Assembly (NCBI RefSeq): GCF_006345805.1
Contig: NC_042997.1
Span: 32,054,001 to 32,118,000, forward strand
From: Octopus sinensis
Taxonomy: Eukaryota
Length of the DNA: 64,000 nt
Reading direction: 5' to 3'
Positions 13,204 through 24,241 of the stretch are shown here, in pieces. Below the pieces are notes generated by a model, which was not told where the DNA came from, did no database searches, and worked only from the letters and a program-made list of their open reading frames with translations. The position numbers were made by a program, and so were the translations under genes. Numbering within the stretch: position 1 is the stretch's first letter; every line of letters starts with the position of its first letter.

Positions 13204-13410
13204 AGTATTTGTGTTGCATAGTCAAGGCAAATTAATTGGATTCACTCAGTTTCTACAGTGGGAAAATATGTTCCATTTGTACTTTACAGCTAAGTAGCAA
13301 TGAGAAAGTGCAACAAATATAGACAATAAATGCACAAGTAATGCCAAAAATAAAAAGCATTTGAGAGATAAAATTAAAATGGTAAAATGGATGGCAAATA
13401 GGAAACTTAC

Positions 13411-13483
13411 ATAAACATCTGCCTCTGATGTTGAGCTTGAGCGGCAGCACAAACTTTGTCCAACATTGACCTCTTGATATGAT
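13411..13483 (-). CDS. TRUB2: TRUB2 coding exon 6 (HIKRSMLDKVCAAAQAQHQRQMF)
   Basis: tttcag acceptor, GTAAGT donor, 73 nt, phase 1 to 2. Confidence 0.88.
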
Positions 13484-13680
13484 CTGAAACAAAAATATAT
13501 GTACATGTGTATTTCTCTCTCTCTCTCTCTCTACTACAGTACAGAGAGAATATAAACAGTACACAAATGATGATGATGATAGCACTATTGATGATATTAT
13601 TTAGGAGAACAATTAAAATTTTAACAAAACTAGGGCACATATCTACTACATATATATATATACATACACACACATATAGA

Positions 13681-15860
13681 TATCATCATCATCACCGTCA
13701 TCATTTAACGTCCGCTTTCCATGCTGGTATAGGTTGGATGGTTTGACTGAGGACTGGCAAGCCAGAAGGCTACACCAGGCTCCAATCTGATCTGGCAAAG
13801 TTTCTACAGCTGGATGCCCTTCCTAATGCCAACCACTCCGAGAGTGTAGTTAGTACTTTTACATTCCACTGGCATGAGGGCCAATCAGGCGGTACTGGCA
13901 ATGACCACACTCAAAAGATGTTTTTTACGTGCCACCTATACGGGAGCCAGTCTGGTGACACTGGCAACGACCATGCTCGAATGTAGCAACACTGGCAACA
14001 ATCATGCTTGAATGGTGCTTTTTACGTGCTACCAGCACAAGAGCCAATCTGGTCCTGGCAACGATCACGCTCAGATGGTGCTTTTAACATTCCAATGGCA
14101 CAAGTGCCAATCAAGCGGTACTGTCATCGGCCATGTCAGTGATCTTGATTTCACTTGCCTCAATAGGTCTTCGCAAGCAAAGTTTACTGTCCAATGAATG
14201 AAAGGTACTCATAAGTGTGTTGGTTATATACCACTGGCATAAGCCATGGGTCATGGTCTCACTTGGCTTGTCGGGTCTTCTCAAGCTTAGCATATCTCCA
14301 AAGGTCTCGGTCACTAGTCATTGCCTCAGTGAGGCCCAATGTTCGAAGGTCATGCTTCACCACCTCATCCAAGGTCTTCCTGGGTCTACCTCTTCCACAG
14401 GTTCCCTCAACTGCTAAGGTGTGACACTTTTTCACACAGCTGTCTTCATACATTCACAATCCATGATCATACAAGCGCAGTCGTCTCTCTTGCACACCAC
14501 ATATGATGCTTCTTAAGTCCAGGGCACTCACACTCTCTTGTATGCACTGATATTACACATCCAGCGGAGAATACTGGCTTCATTCCTGGCAAGCTAACGC
14601 ATGTCCTCACCAGTCACGGCCCATGTAGCATGGCTGTTCATAACATGCATCATACAGTCTACCTTGTACTCTGAGCGACGGGCCTTTTGTCATCAGCAGA
14701 GATAGGAGCTCTCTGAACTTTGCCCAGGCTATTCTTATTCTAGCAGCTACACTTTCTGAGCATCCACCCCTGCTACTGACTTGGTCACTTAGGTAATGGA
14801 AGCTATCAACTACTTGTAGTTTTTCTCCCTGGAATGTGACAGAAGATGTTCTCTGCACATTTTCAGTGCTTATTGCTCCTAAGCATTTGCCACATACAAA
14901 AGCTATCTTCCCAGTTACCCTTCCTTTGATATTACTGCACCTCTTATGTATCCATAGCTTACACTGGGTACATCTTACGGAGTTTCTGCCTACGCCTTTT
15001 CTACAGATCGAGCGGGGCCATCTACTTGAAGGGATATGTGGTTTGTCTGCCTTCCTACTTACTAAGACTTTGGTTTTAGCTAGGTTGACTCTGAGGCCCT
15101 TCAATTCTAATCCTTGCTTCCACACCTGAAACTTTTCCTCTAGTTCTGATAGAGACTCAGCAATTAGAGCAAGGTCTTCAGCATAGAGGAGATCCCAGGG
15201 GCATCCTGCCTTGAATTCCTCTGTTATTGCCTGGAGGACTATGATGAATAAGAGGTGGGGCTGGGAACTGATCCTTGGTGGATCCCTACCCCTACCTGGA
15301 ATTCTTCAGTGTACTCGTTGCCAACCCTCACCTTACTGACTGCATCCCTGTACATAGCTTGCACAGCTCTCACTAACCATTCATCTATCCCTAGTTTCCT
15401 CATTGACAACCAGAAAAGGGATCAGAGGTCCCTGTCAAAGGCTTTCTCCATGTCAACAAAAGCCAGGTACAGAGGTTTATCTTTGCAGCTGTCTTACCAG
15501 AAATATAGCATCAGTGGTGCTTTTCCCTGGCACAAACCCAAACTGCATCTCATCTAGGCTGACTCTGTCCCTAATCAGTTGGGCTATGACCCTCTCCATG
15601 ACATTCATTACCTGATCCAACAACTTGATACCTCTGTAATTATTTGTATCTAAACCATCACCTTTACCTTCATAGTAGTTTACTATTGTGCTGCTACACC
15701 AGTCATTGGGTATGACTCCTTCATGTATCACCTGGTTGACTATACGGGTGATTAGGCTATAGCCGACACCGCTAGATATTTTGAGCATCTCTGCGGTGAT
15801 TCCTGATGGGCCGGGAGCTTTCCCTGTCTTCATACCCTTAATTGCTTTATCTACCAATGT
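13681..15860 (-). mobile_element. Older RTE LINE copy with broken RT plus 3' UTR
   Basis: Fragment ORFs 15477-15857, 14607-15125 and 14259-14453 match the same RT in shifting frames. (CAT)n tail at 13682. Confidence 0.92.
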
Positions 15861-16557
15861 ACTGTCAAAATATATAAAGTTATAGATGATGAGAGAAATA
15901 GATCTTTAACACACTGCGTGTGACTATAAGAGAAGGATATGAATTCTACTTTGCAACATATATCTGCGAGTCTCAATGAGTATAAGCTGTTCCTTTCTCC
16001 TCTGACTAAGTCATAAAAAATACAAAAAATATATCTTTTGCCTGGCTAGCTACAAATAACAGTGAAAACTCCCTCAAAATGCTCCCTATCATCTTAAAAA
16101 GGACATGTACCGGAGTTCCTTCCAAACAGGTAAAAAGTCAGAATGATCATAGCTGAAATGCTTTGGATTAAATGTCTGCCCTATCAGGACTGATCTGGGG
16201 CTAAACTGCAAAACCACCCTCTACATGAGTTAACATGCAATCCAGTAAAAAGCTAGATCAGCCTTGTATTATTAGGTCAGATACTAAGCTTAATTTCTGA
16301 CCCAATGACCTCTGAAGGTCATTTTTATCATTTCAGTGTGAAAAAAACAGCAAATCATCATCATCATCATCATCGTTTAACGTCCGCTTTCCATTCTAGC
16401 ATGGGTTGGACGGTTCAACTGGGGTCTGGCAAGCCCGAAGGCTGCACCAGGCCAGTCAGATCTGGCAGTGTTTCTACAGCTGGATGCCCTTCCTAAATGC
16501 CAACCACTCCGAGAGTGTAGTACAAATAAGAAAAATAAAAGGGAAACTAATACATAC

Positions 16558-16639
16558 AATAAGAGATTTTCTGAAGAAGGCGTCCACGTGCTGAAAAGTC
16601 TTCGGTGACTTTCCCAAACTGGCCTTTGACATGATATAC
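16558..16639 (-). CDS. TRUB2: TRUB2 coding exon 5 (VYHVKGQFGKVTEDFSARGRLLQKISY)
   Basis: tttag acceptor, GTATGT donor, 82 nt, phase 0 to 1. Matches the TruB YxVxGxxGxxTDDFxxxGR motif. Confidence 0.9.
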
Positions 16640-17614
16640 CTAAATATATATAAAAAGAAAAATACATAAAGATTTATACTAGCTTGAGTCAAAAGTTTTT
16701 TTCCGATTTACAATGATGATTTTTAGCAACTTGTCTCTCCATGTTATATTATTAATTTAATTAAAATTGAAATGAAGGACATTTGCATAATTGTGGCACT
16801 TGTTTATAATGGCACAGACATGGATCAATGGCACAGGTGTGACTACAGGATAAGAATCTTGCTTGCCAACGATGTGGTCTTGGATTCAGTTTCACTGTGT
16901 GGCGCCCAAGGCAATAGTCTTCTACTATAGCTCCAGGCTAACCAAAGCCTTGTAAGTGGATTTGGTCTACAGAAACTGAAACAAGTTCATTGTGTGTTTG
17001 AGTATATGCTTGTCTAGCCATCACGTAATGGTTGTAAATGAACACCAGCATCATATAAGTGAGGTTTATTCATTTCTAGTCATCCATCAAAAATATGTCT
17101 AGCTATGAGAAAATATTATCTTGCTTGGAAACAGGTGAGGAATGATGACAGGAAAGCCATACGGTCATAAAAGAATTAGCCTCAACAAATTTCATCTGAC
17201 TCATACAAGTATGGAAAAGTGGACATTAATGTAATATATATATACACTGACAATGCTTTATAAACAAACTTTGGAAGCGTCAAATGTGTTTGGTATTTTA
17301 CAGACAAGTAAATTTCAAAAACAGTATAGCTGTGAAAACAGCAGAAAATTTGTGTGTTTTACTCTACTCAGCCAGTATCTGAGGGGTATGGGTTCATGTC
17401 CCATAGCCATCTGCTAGCAACTTTTTATGCATCTTATAAGGGTAAAATACCCAATCCTTTTGCTGTTTTCACAGCTATGCAACATTCGAAATTTACTTTC
17501 CTGTCTGTAAAATACCAAACACATTCAACGCTTCCAAAGTTTGTTTATAAAATGGTATCACATTCCAAAAGCTATTATTATTTAGCTTTAAGAATGATGG
17601 TAATTGTTGTCAGC

Positions 17615-17690
17615 GAACCATTTAGCTTAATGGCAGAGTACTCAGCTGGTATCTGAGAGATATGGGTTTGGGTCCCATAACTGTCTGCTG
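17615..17690 (+). pseudogene. tRNA-like pseudogene or SINE head with GGT anticodon
   Basis: tagcttaatgg A box; CTCAG-ctGGTat-CTGAG anticodon arm; ATGGG-tttgggt-CCCAT T arm. Acceptor stem is poor; partial copy at 17365-17430. Confidence 0.5.
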
Positions 17691-18595
17691 GCAACATTTT
17701 AGCAATCTTTCTCCTGTTTTCACAGCTACACTCATCATCATCATCGTCATTTAACGCCTACTTTCCATGCTGGCATGGGTTGGACGGTTTGACTGAAGGT
17801 TGGCAAGCCTGAAGGCTGCACCAGGCTCCAATTTGATCTAGAAAAGTTTCCACAGCTAGATGCCCTTCCTAATGCCACCCACTCCGAGAGTGTAGTGGTT
17901 GGTTTTATCTGCCACCGGCACGAGGGCCAGTCAGGCGATACTGGCATCGACCACGCTCAAATGGTGCTTTTTATGTGCCACCTGCACAGGAGTCAGTCCA
18001 GTGGCACTGGCAATGACCACACTCGAATGGTGCTTTTTTACATGCCACTGGCACGAGAGCCAGTCAGGCGACACTGGCAACGATCACACTCAAATGGTGT
18101 TTTTTAAGTGCTACTGGCATGGGAGCCAGTCAGTGGCCCTGGCAACGATCACGCTCTGTGTTCAAAATTTACTTAATTGTCTGTAAAATACTGACCGATA
18201 GTTCACTTGTCAAATTTGATAATCTTAGATAAAAGATTAGTGCAAGGGGTTTTCTCTATAGTAAGAAAGATTTATATGCATGCATATCAGACTCACTCTT
18301 TCATTCTTACACAATACATTCTATATACTGTAAACTTCAGGCAAGTTCTCATGTGAAGATTGCAGTTGCATGAAACTCAATTGAGGAAATAAAAATTCAG
18401 CTGCAACAAACCAATAACGCGCATTGAGTACTCCTCTCTCATTCAGTCAACATAATTCAACATGTGTGTGTGTGTTCATTGAAAGGGAAAAATTATACTC
18501 TTACTATTCAAAGTTTTAAACTGCTTTTCAGTCTAGTTGTTTTAGTGGGGATTCTATACTACACTGTATTGTACAATAAGATATATTATACTTAC

Positions 18596-18657
18596 ACGTA
18601 GAAATTGACAGCTCTTTAAGGTATTAATTGTGTTAATGCCTTTCTGAATTCCTATAA
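18596..18657 (-). CDS. TRUB2: TRUB2 coding exon 4 (VIGIQKGINTINTLKSCQFLR)
   Basis: Strong polypyrimidine tract with ttccag acceptor, GTAAGT donor, 62 nt, phase 1 to 0. Fills the V(L/I)GxG segment. Confidence 0.82.
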
Positions 18658-19110
18658 CTGGAAAGAGGAAAAAATTAAATTGTAATATATGTTGTTAACA
18701 TAGAAAAACAACTAGTTTGTTATGTCCAAAGAATGTAGCTAGCAAAGTGAAAGTTAGTAAGAGGTTCAGTGAGGAATCTCGCATGCAGTTAGCATCCAGC
18801 AAGGCTTGGTTCTCAGTCTCCTTTACTCTGTTATTGCCCACCAGGCCAGGAGATAGATGCTTAAGACTGACTACCCACACTAAGTCCTGTGTGCCAATAT
18901 TCTAGTTCTTACAACTGAATCTGGTGAAGTAGATTTTTAAAAATTCCAAATTCAGGCACAGGTGAGGCTATGTAGTAAGAAGTTTGCTTCTTAACCACAT
19001 GATTCCGAGTTCAGTCCTACAGACCTTGAACAAATGTCTTCTACTATAACCTCAGGCCAACCAAAGCATTGTGAGTGGATTTAGTAGATGGAAACTGAAA
19101 GAAGCCTGTC

Positions 19111-19138
<28 letters not shown>

Positions 19139-19141
<3 letters not shown>

Positions 19142-20726
19142 AACAATCAAGGAACGGCCATAATAGGCCATTCACCCACTAGAAATAACAGCCAAAGCTT
19201 CAACCGCAAATAAAGATTAATTCCGTAAACAGGAGAGAATTTAAAAAATTTACCCTGTAATTTCTTGTACGATGCACCGTTTCATCTGCTGTTTAATGGT
19301 AAACTAACCTGATTAATTAAATCAAGCCAATCTTCCATAGGCGACGATTTGAAAATTTTAGGTCAGATATTACCTTGGCAGGGTCTGAAATGCCTCGTGA
19401 AAATATCTGTTCCGACTTGGCTATTTCTTGCTGAAGAATCTGAGGGCCTATGGAAGATTGGCTTGATTTAATTTAATCAGGTTAGTTTACCATTAAACAG
19501 CAGATGAAACGGTGCATCGTACAAGAAATTACAGGGTAAATGTTTTTTAAATTTTCTCTTGTTTACGGAATTAATCTTTATTTGCGGTTGAAGCTTTGGC
19601 TGTTATTTCTAGTGGGTGAATGGCCTATTATGGCCGTTCCTTGATTGTTGATGTTGAACTTAAAAATGGTCTATGACTATTTAATTTTTTCCCACTAGGC
19701 CGCTGGTGGCAAAAAGAATTCTAAAAAATTTTTTTTGCCACCCTATATTAAATTATGAATTTTCTGGTTAATTCCGTAATGGAATCGACGGTGCTTATAT
19801 TTTTGCTGCCGAAATTTGGCGCGAGTGCGACGATTTGAAAATTTTAGGTCAGATATTACCTTGGCAGGAGTCTGAAATGCCTCGTGAAAATATCTGTTCC
19901 GACTTGGCTATTTCTTGCTGAAGAATCTGAGGGCCTATGGAAGATTGGCTTGATTTAATTTAATCAGGTTAGTTTACCATTAAACAGCAGATGAAACGGT
20001 GCATCGTACAAGAAATTACAGGGTAAATGTTTTTTAAATTTTCTCCTGTTTACGGAATTAATCTTTATTGCGGTTGAAGCTTTGGCTGTATTTCTAGTGG
20101 GTGAATGGCCTATTATGGCGTTCCTTGATTGTTGATGTTGAACTTAAAAATGGTCTATGACTATTTAATTTTTTCCCACTAGGCCGCTGGTGGCAAAAAG
20201 AATTCTAAAAAATTTTTTTTGCCACCCTATATTGATTAATTATGAATTTTCTGGTTAATTCCGTAATGGAATCGACGGCTTATATTATTTGCTGCCGATA
20301 AATTTGGCGCGAGTGCGACGATTTGAAAATTTTAGGTCAGATATTACCTTGGCAGGGTCTGAAATGCCTCGTGAAAATATCTGTTCCGACTTGGCTATTT
20401 CTTGCTGAAGAATCTGAGGGCCTATGGAAGATTGGCTTGATTTAATTTAATCAGGTTAGTTTACCATTAAACAGCAGATGAAACGGTGCATCGTACAAGA
20501 AATTACAGGGTAAATGTTTTTTAAATTTTCTCCTGTTTACGGAATTAATCTTTATTTGCGGTTGAAGCTTTGGCTGTTATTTCTAGTGGGTGAATGGCCT
20601 ATTATGGCCGTTCCTTGATTGTTGATGTTGAACTTAAAAATGGTCTATGACTATTTAATTTTTTCCCACTAGGCCGCTGGTGGCAAAAAGAATTCTAAAA
20701 AATTTTTTTTGCCACCCTATATTGAT

Positions 20727-20728
<2 letters not shown>
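19139..20728. repeat. ~487-bp tandem array (2.85 units) preceded by a 204-bp inverted arm
   Basis: Units start at 19343, 19829 and 20317. 19139-19342 is the reverse complement of 19446-19652. Confidence 0.95.
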
Positions 20729-20765
<37 letters not shown>

Positions 20766-20825
20766 TTTTAAATATAAATATATGAAAGAATGGAGTTGAA
20801 CGACAAATTAACAAAATTCCTTTAT

Positions 20826-20906
20826 TTTCGACATATGTTTCGAAGGCTGCATATTCCTAATTGCGAAGGAATAAGGAGTATATTATGCCGCTTTCTCATC
20901 AGGAAA
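20826..20906 (-). ncRNA. Type I hammerhead ribozyme with intact core, sense in a TRUB2 intron
   Basis: Minus strand: TTTC-CTGATGA-[54-nt stem II, GAAAGCGGCATA/TATGCAGCCTTC]-GAAAC ATAT GT-C-GAAA. GUC triplet; palindromic stem III ACATATGT. Confidence 0.75.
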
Positions 20907-22203
20907 TGCAAGGAATTTATGTCAACATCAAGATGCACAAAAAACTTTTAGATGACTGCTCACACGGAGCCCATAGCGATAATATATATATATATATATA
21001 TCGATGTGTGTGTCTTTGAGTCTGTGTTTGTCTTCCACCACTGTTTGACAACCAGTTTTGGTGTGTTTATGTAACTGTAACTTAACAGTTCGGCAAAAGA
21101 GACTGATAGAATAAGTACCAGGCTTAAAAAATAAGTACTGGGGTTGATTCACTACTCAACTAAAAATTCTTCAAGGCAGTGCTCCAGCATGGCCACAGTC
21201 TAATGACTGAAACGAGTGAAAGATAGAAGATGACAGATCCGGAAGCAAAAGCTTGAATCAAAAGACCATAAAGTAAACTTAGCAAAGACAAAAAGTTTTA
21301 GAAAGAACCGGTCACTGGTCATGCTCAGAATGCAAACAAGGAACAGGTAGAAATTCTATACGATGTACTCAGTGTGAACTATGGATACAAAAAGGGTTTA
21401 GTGCAAACATAAGCAGACTGACATGGAAAGTTGACATCTTATGTGGAAAGGCATAGGAATAGTGTGTGAGATAAATTCCTTCAAATGCTTGAAAGGATAT
21501 GTAGAAGTAGTGGACGGCTTGAACTAATTAACAATGAAGATGGGTGTTTTGAATTCATAACAACAAGAACAGCATCTTTGAAACAAAACTGAGAAGACAT
21601 TTTGTCTTAAAATGGACAAAATCAAAAGCAAACACGATGAACATTAATGGAATTTGTAGTTTTGTGGTACCAGTGCCGGTGGCACATACGAAAACCATCC
21701 GAACGTGGCCGTAGCCAGTACCGCATTGACTGGCCTCTGTGCTGGTGGCACGTAACAAACACCATCCGATCGTGGCCGTGCCAGCCTTGCCTGGCCTCCG
21801 TGCTGGTGGCACGTAAAAAACACCATCCGAGCGTGGCCGTTCGCCAGCCTTGTCTGGCACCTGTGTCGGTGGCACATAAAATCACCCACTACACTCTTGG
21901 AGTGGTTGGCGTTAGGAAGGGCATCCAGCTGTAGAAACACTGCCAGATCTGACTGGCCTGGTGCAGCCTTCGGGCTTCCCAGACCCCAGTTGAACCGTCC
22001 AACCCATGCTAGCATGGAAAGCGGACGTTAAACAATGATGATGATGAGAGATCTCTGATGTCAGTGCTGCAATAAATATATCCTGTCCATCCTGTTAGTG
22101 GTTGATGATAGGAAGGGCAGAGTCAATTAATTATGCAGCACACTGGATCATTTGAAAAATTTTTTTAAATTAAATAAATCAGAAAATAGATATTTTAATT
22201 TAC

Positions 22204-22284
22204 CTGTTACTCCTGAAGAATATCTTCCCAAACCATTAAGGTATTTTAAAGGTATATCTGATTCGATGTATCTAGGACCCAAAA
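22204..22284 (-). CDS. TRUB2: TRUB2 coding exon 3 (VLGPRYIESDIPLKYLNGLGRYSSGVT)
   Basis: ttttcag acceptor, GTAAAT donor, 81 nt, phase 1-1. Corresponds to the TruB motif II region (GP...L...SGV). Confidence 0.88.
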
Positions 22285-23668
22285 CTGAAAATAAATTTAT
22301 ACATATATCATTGGTGTTAGGAAGGGCATCCAGCTGTAGAAACATTGCCAAATTAGACTGGAGCCTGGTGCAGCCTTCTGGCTTCCCAGAACCCCGGTCG
22401 AACCGTCCAACCCATGCTAGCATGGAGAACGGACGTTAAACGACGATGATGATGATGATGATCATTAAAATCTATGCCACTTAACAAGCAGTGAAAGGAC
22501 AGTATTAAGTTCCTGGCAAACGATTTGCAAAATAAGTATGATTCCTATTTGAGTCATTTCATTTCTCTTGCACTTCATGATTGTGATTTGTGGACGGTAA
22601 ACCCTCTAGCATTTAAATCAGCCAAAGCACCATCTGAATGTGGCCTATAACAGGTCTACCTGACTGGCTCCCATGTTGGTGGCATGTAAAAAGCACCAAC
22701 TGAACGTGGCCAACGCAGTAGCCGCAGACTAGCTCCCATGCCAGTGGCACATAAAAAGCACCATCCGAACATGGTTGATGCCAGGTCTGCTGACTGGCTC
22801 CCGTGCCAGTGGAATGTAAAAAGCACCAACCGAATGTAGCCAATACCAGTACCCCCAGACTGGCTCCCATGCCAGTGGCACATAAAAAGCACCATCCGAA
22901 CGTGATTGTTGCCAGGCCCGCCTGACTGGCTTTTGTGCTGGTGGCACATAAAAAAACACCCACTACACTCTCGGAATGGTTAGCATTAAGAAGGGCATCC
23001 AACTGTAGAAACATTGCAAGATCAGATTGGATCCTGGTGCAGCTGCTGGCTCTTCAGATCTCAGTCAAACTGTCCAACCCATGCCAGCATGGAAAACAGA
23101 TGTTAAACGATGATGATATCTGGCCTTAATATTCTATTTAGTTTATGTGTACTTTACTGCATATACTTTATACGCACTTCTGACAAGTTGTGGTGCACCT
23201 GAGCACTGTATACAATATTATTATTATTATTTATTGATCCCAAAACAATGATGGTGACCTGGTATAGGATCTGAACTTACAGCATAGAAGGCCAGAACAA
23301 ATACCTCAAGGTATTTTTTGCAATGCTATAATGCCATTTTGTCACCTTATGTCTAGATTCACACACCTGTAAAAAAAAACCAGGTATATGGTTATATCAT
23401 ATACCTGTCTTCCATCATGTATGTAGTCAATCAGGAATGACCTGGGATTAAACAACAACCAAAACTAGACTGAGGTATTGCATTGCCAATACAACCGAAG
23501 TAGACTAAACTGGTTACAGATCCCAAAACCAAATCCAGGTTGAAGACATAGATCACCTTAACTTGATATTTCCTCCTATAGTACTCAGGACAGCTATAAG
23601 ATAATTTTCTTTTCTCTTAAACACAAATTTAAAAAAAATATAAACAAATATTTAACACGATGACTTAC

Positions 23669-23797
23669 CAAGTCTGTGATCTGTGAGATCAGTCAAACCA
23701 ACAGGTTTTGTTACAGTAGCTGGTAAAGTGGATCCAGTTTCAAAAGAAATTTCTTGCGTTCTCATCTCATGCTTATAACAAGGTAATTCATTTAGAG
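23669..23797 (-). CDS. TRUB2: TRUB2 coding exon 2 (LNELPCYKHEMRTQEISFETGSTLPATVTKPVGLTDLTDHRL)
   Basis: ttttcag acceptor, GTAAGT donor, 129 nt, phase 1-1, open frame. Aligns with the LN...HPLV region of TRUB2 as recalled. Confidence 0.85.
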
Positions 23798-24241
23798 CTG
23801 AAAAGTGGAGAAAAATACATATATAATGCATTCACATACACACATAACATATATATATATACTCTTTTACTCTTTTACTTGTTTCAGTCATTTGACTGCG
23901 GCCATGCTGGAGCACCGCCTTTAATCGAGCAAACTCGACCCTGGGACTTATTCTTTTGTAAGCCCAGTACTTATTCTATCGGTCGCTTTTTGCCGAACCG
24001 CTAAGTAACGGAGACATAAACACACCAGCATCGGTTGTCAAGCAATGCTAGGGGGACAAACACAGACACACAAATATATATATACATTTTATTCATTATT
24101 TTGCACATTACTTAATCATCATTATATGTTTTATCTTATATTTAATCTTTCTATAATATGTAATTTTTCTAAATGGTATAATTTAATATTTCATTATTGA
24201 ATTGATAAAAGGTGGTTTTTTATCTAATTTATATATATATA

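Noticed and set aside
13745-13780. CTGAGGA-CTGG caag CCAG in RTE tails, and other CTGANGA hits at 7893, 11566, 19429 and 30573
   Set aside because: No correctly placed GAAA with closing stems.
22625-22960. CRISPR-like repeat-spacer appearance
   Set aside because: The variable parts are short and homologous to each other, the array is part of the RTE 3' UTR, and no cas genes are present in this eukaryotic context.
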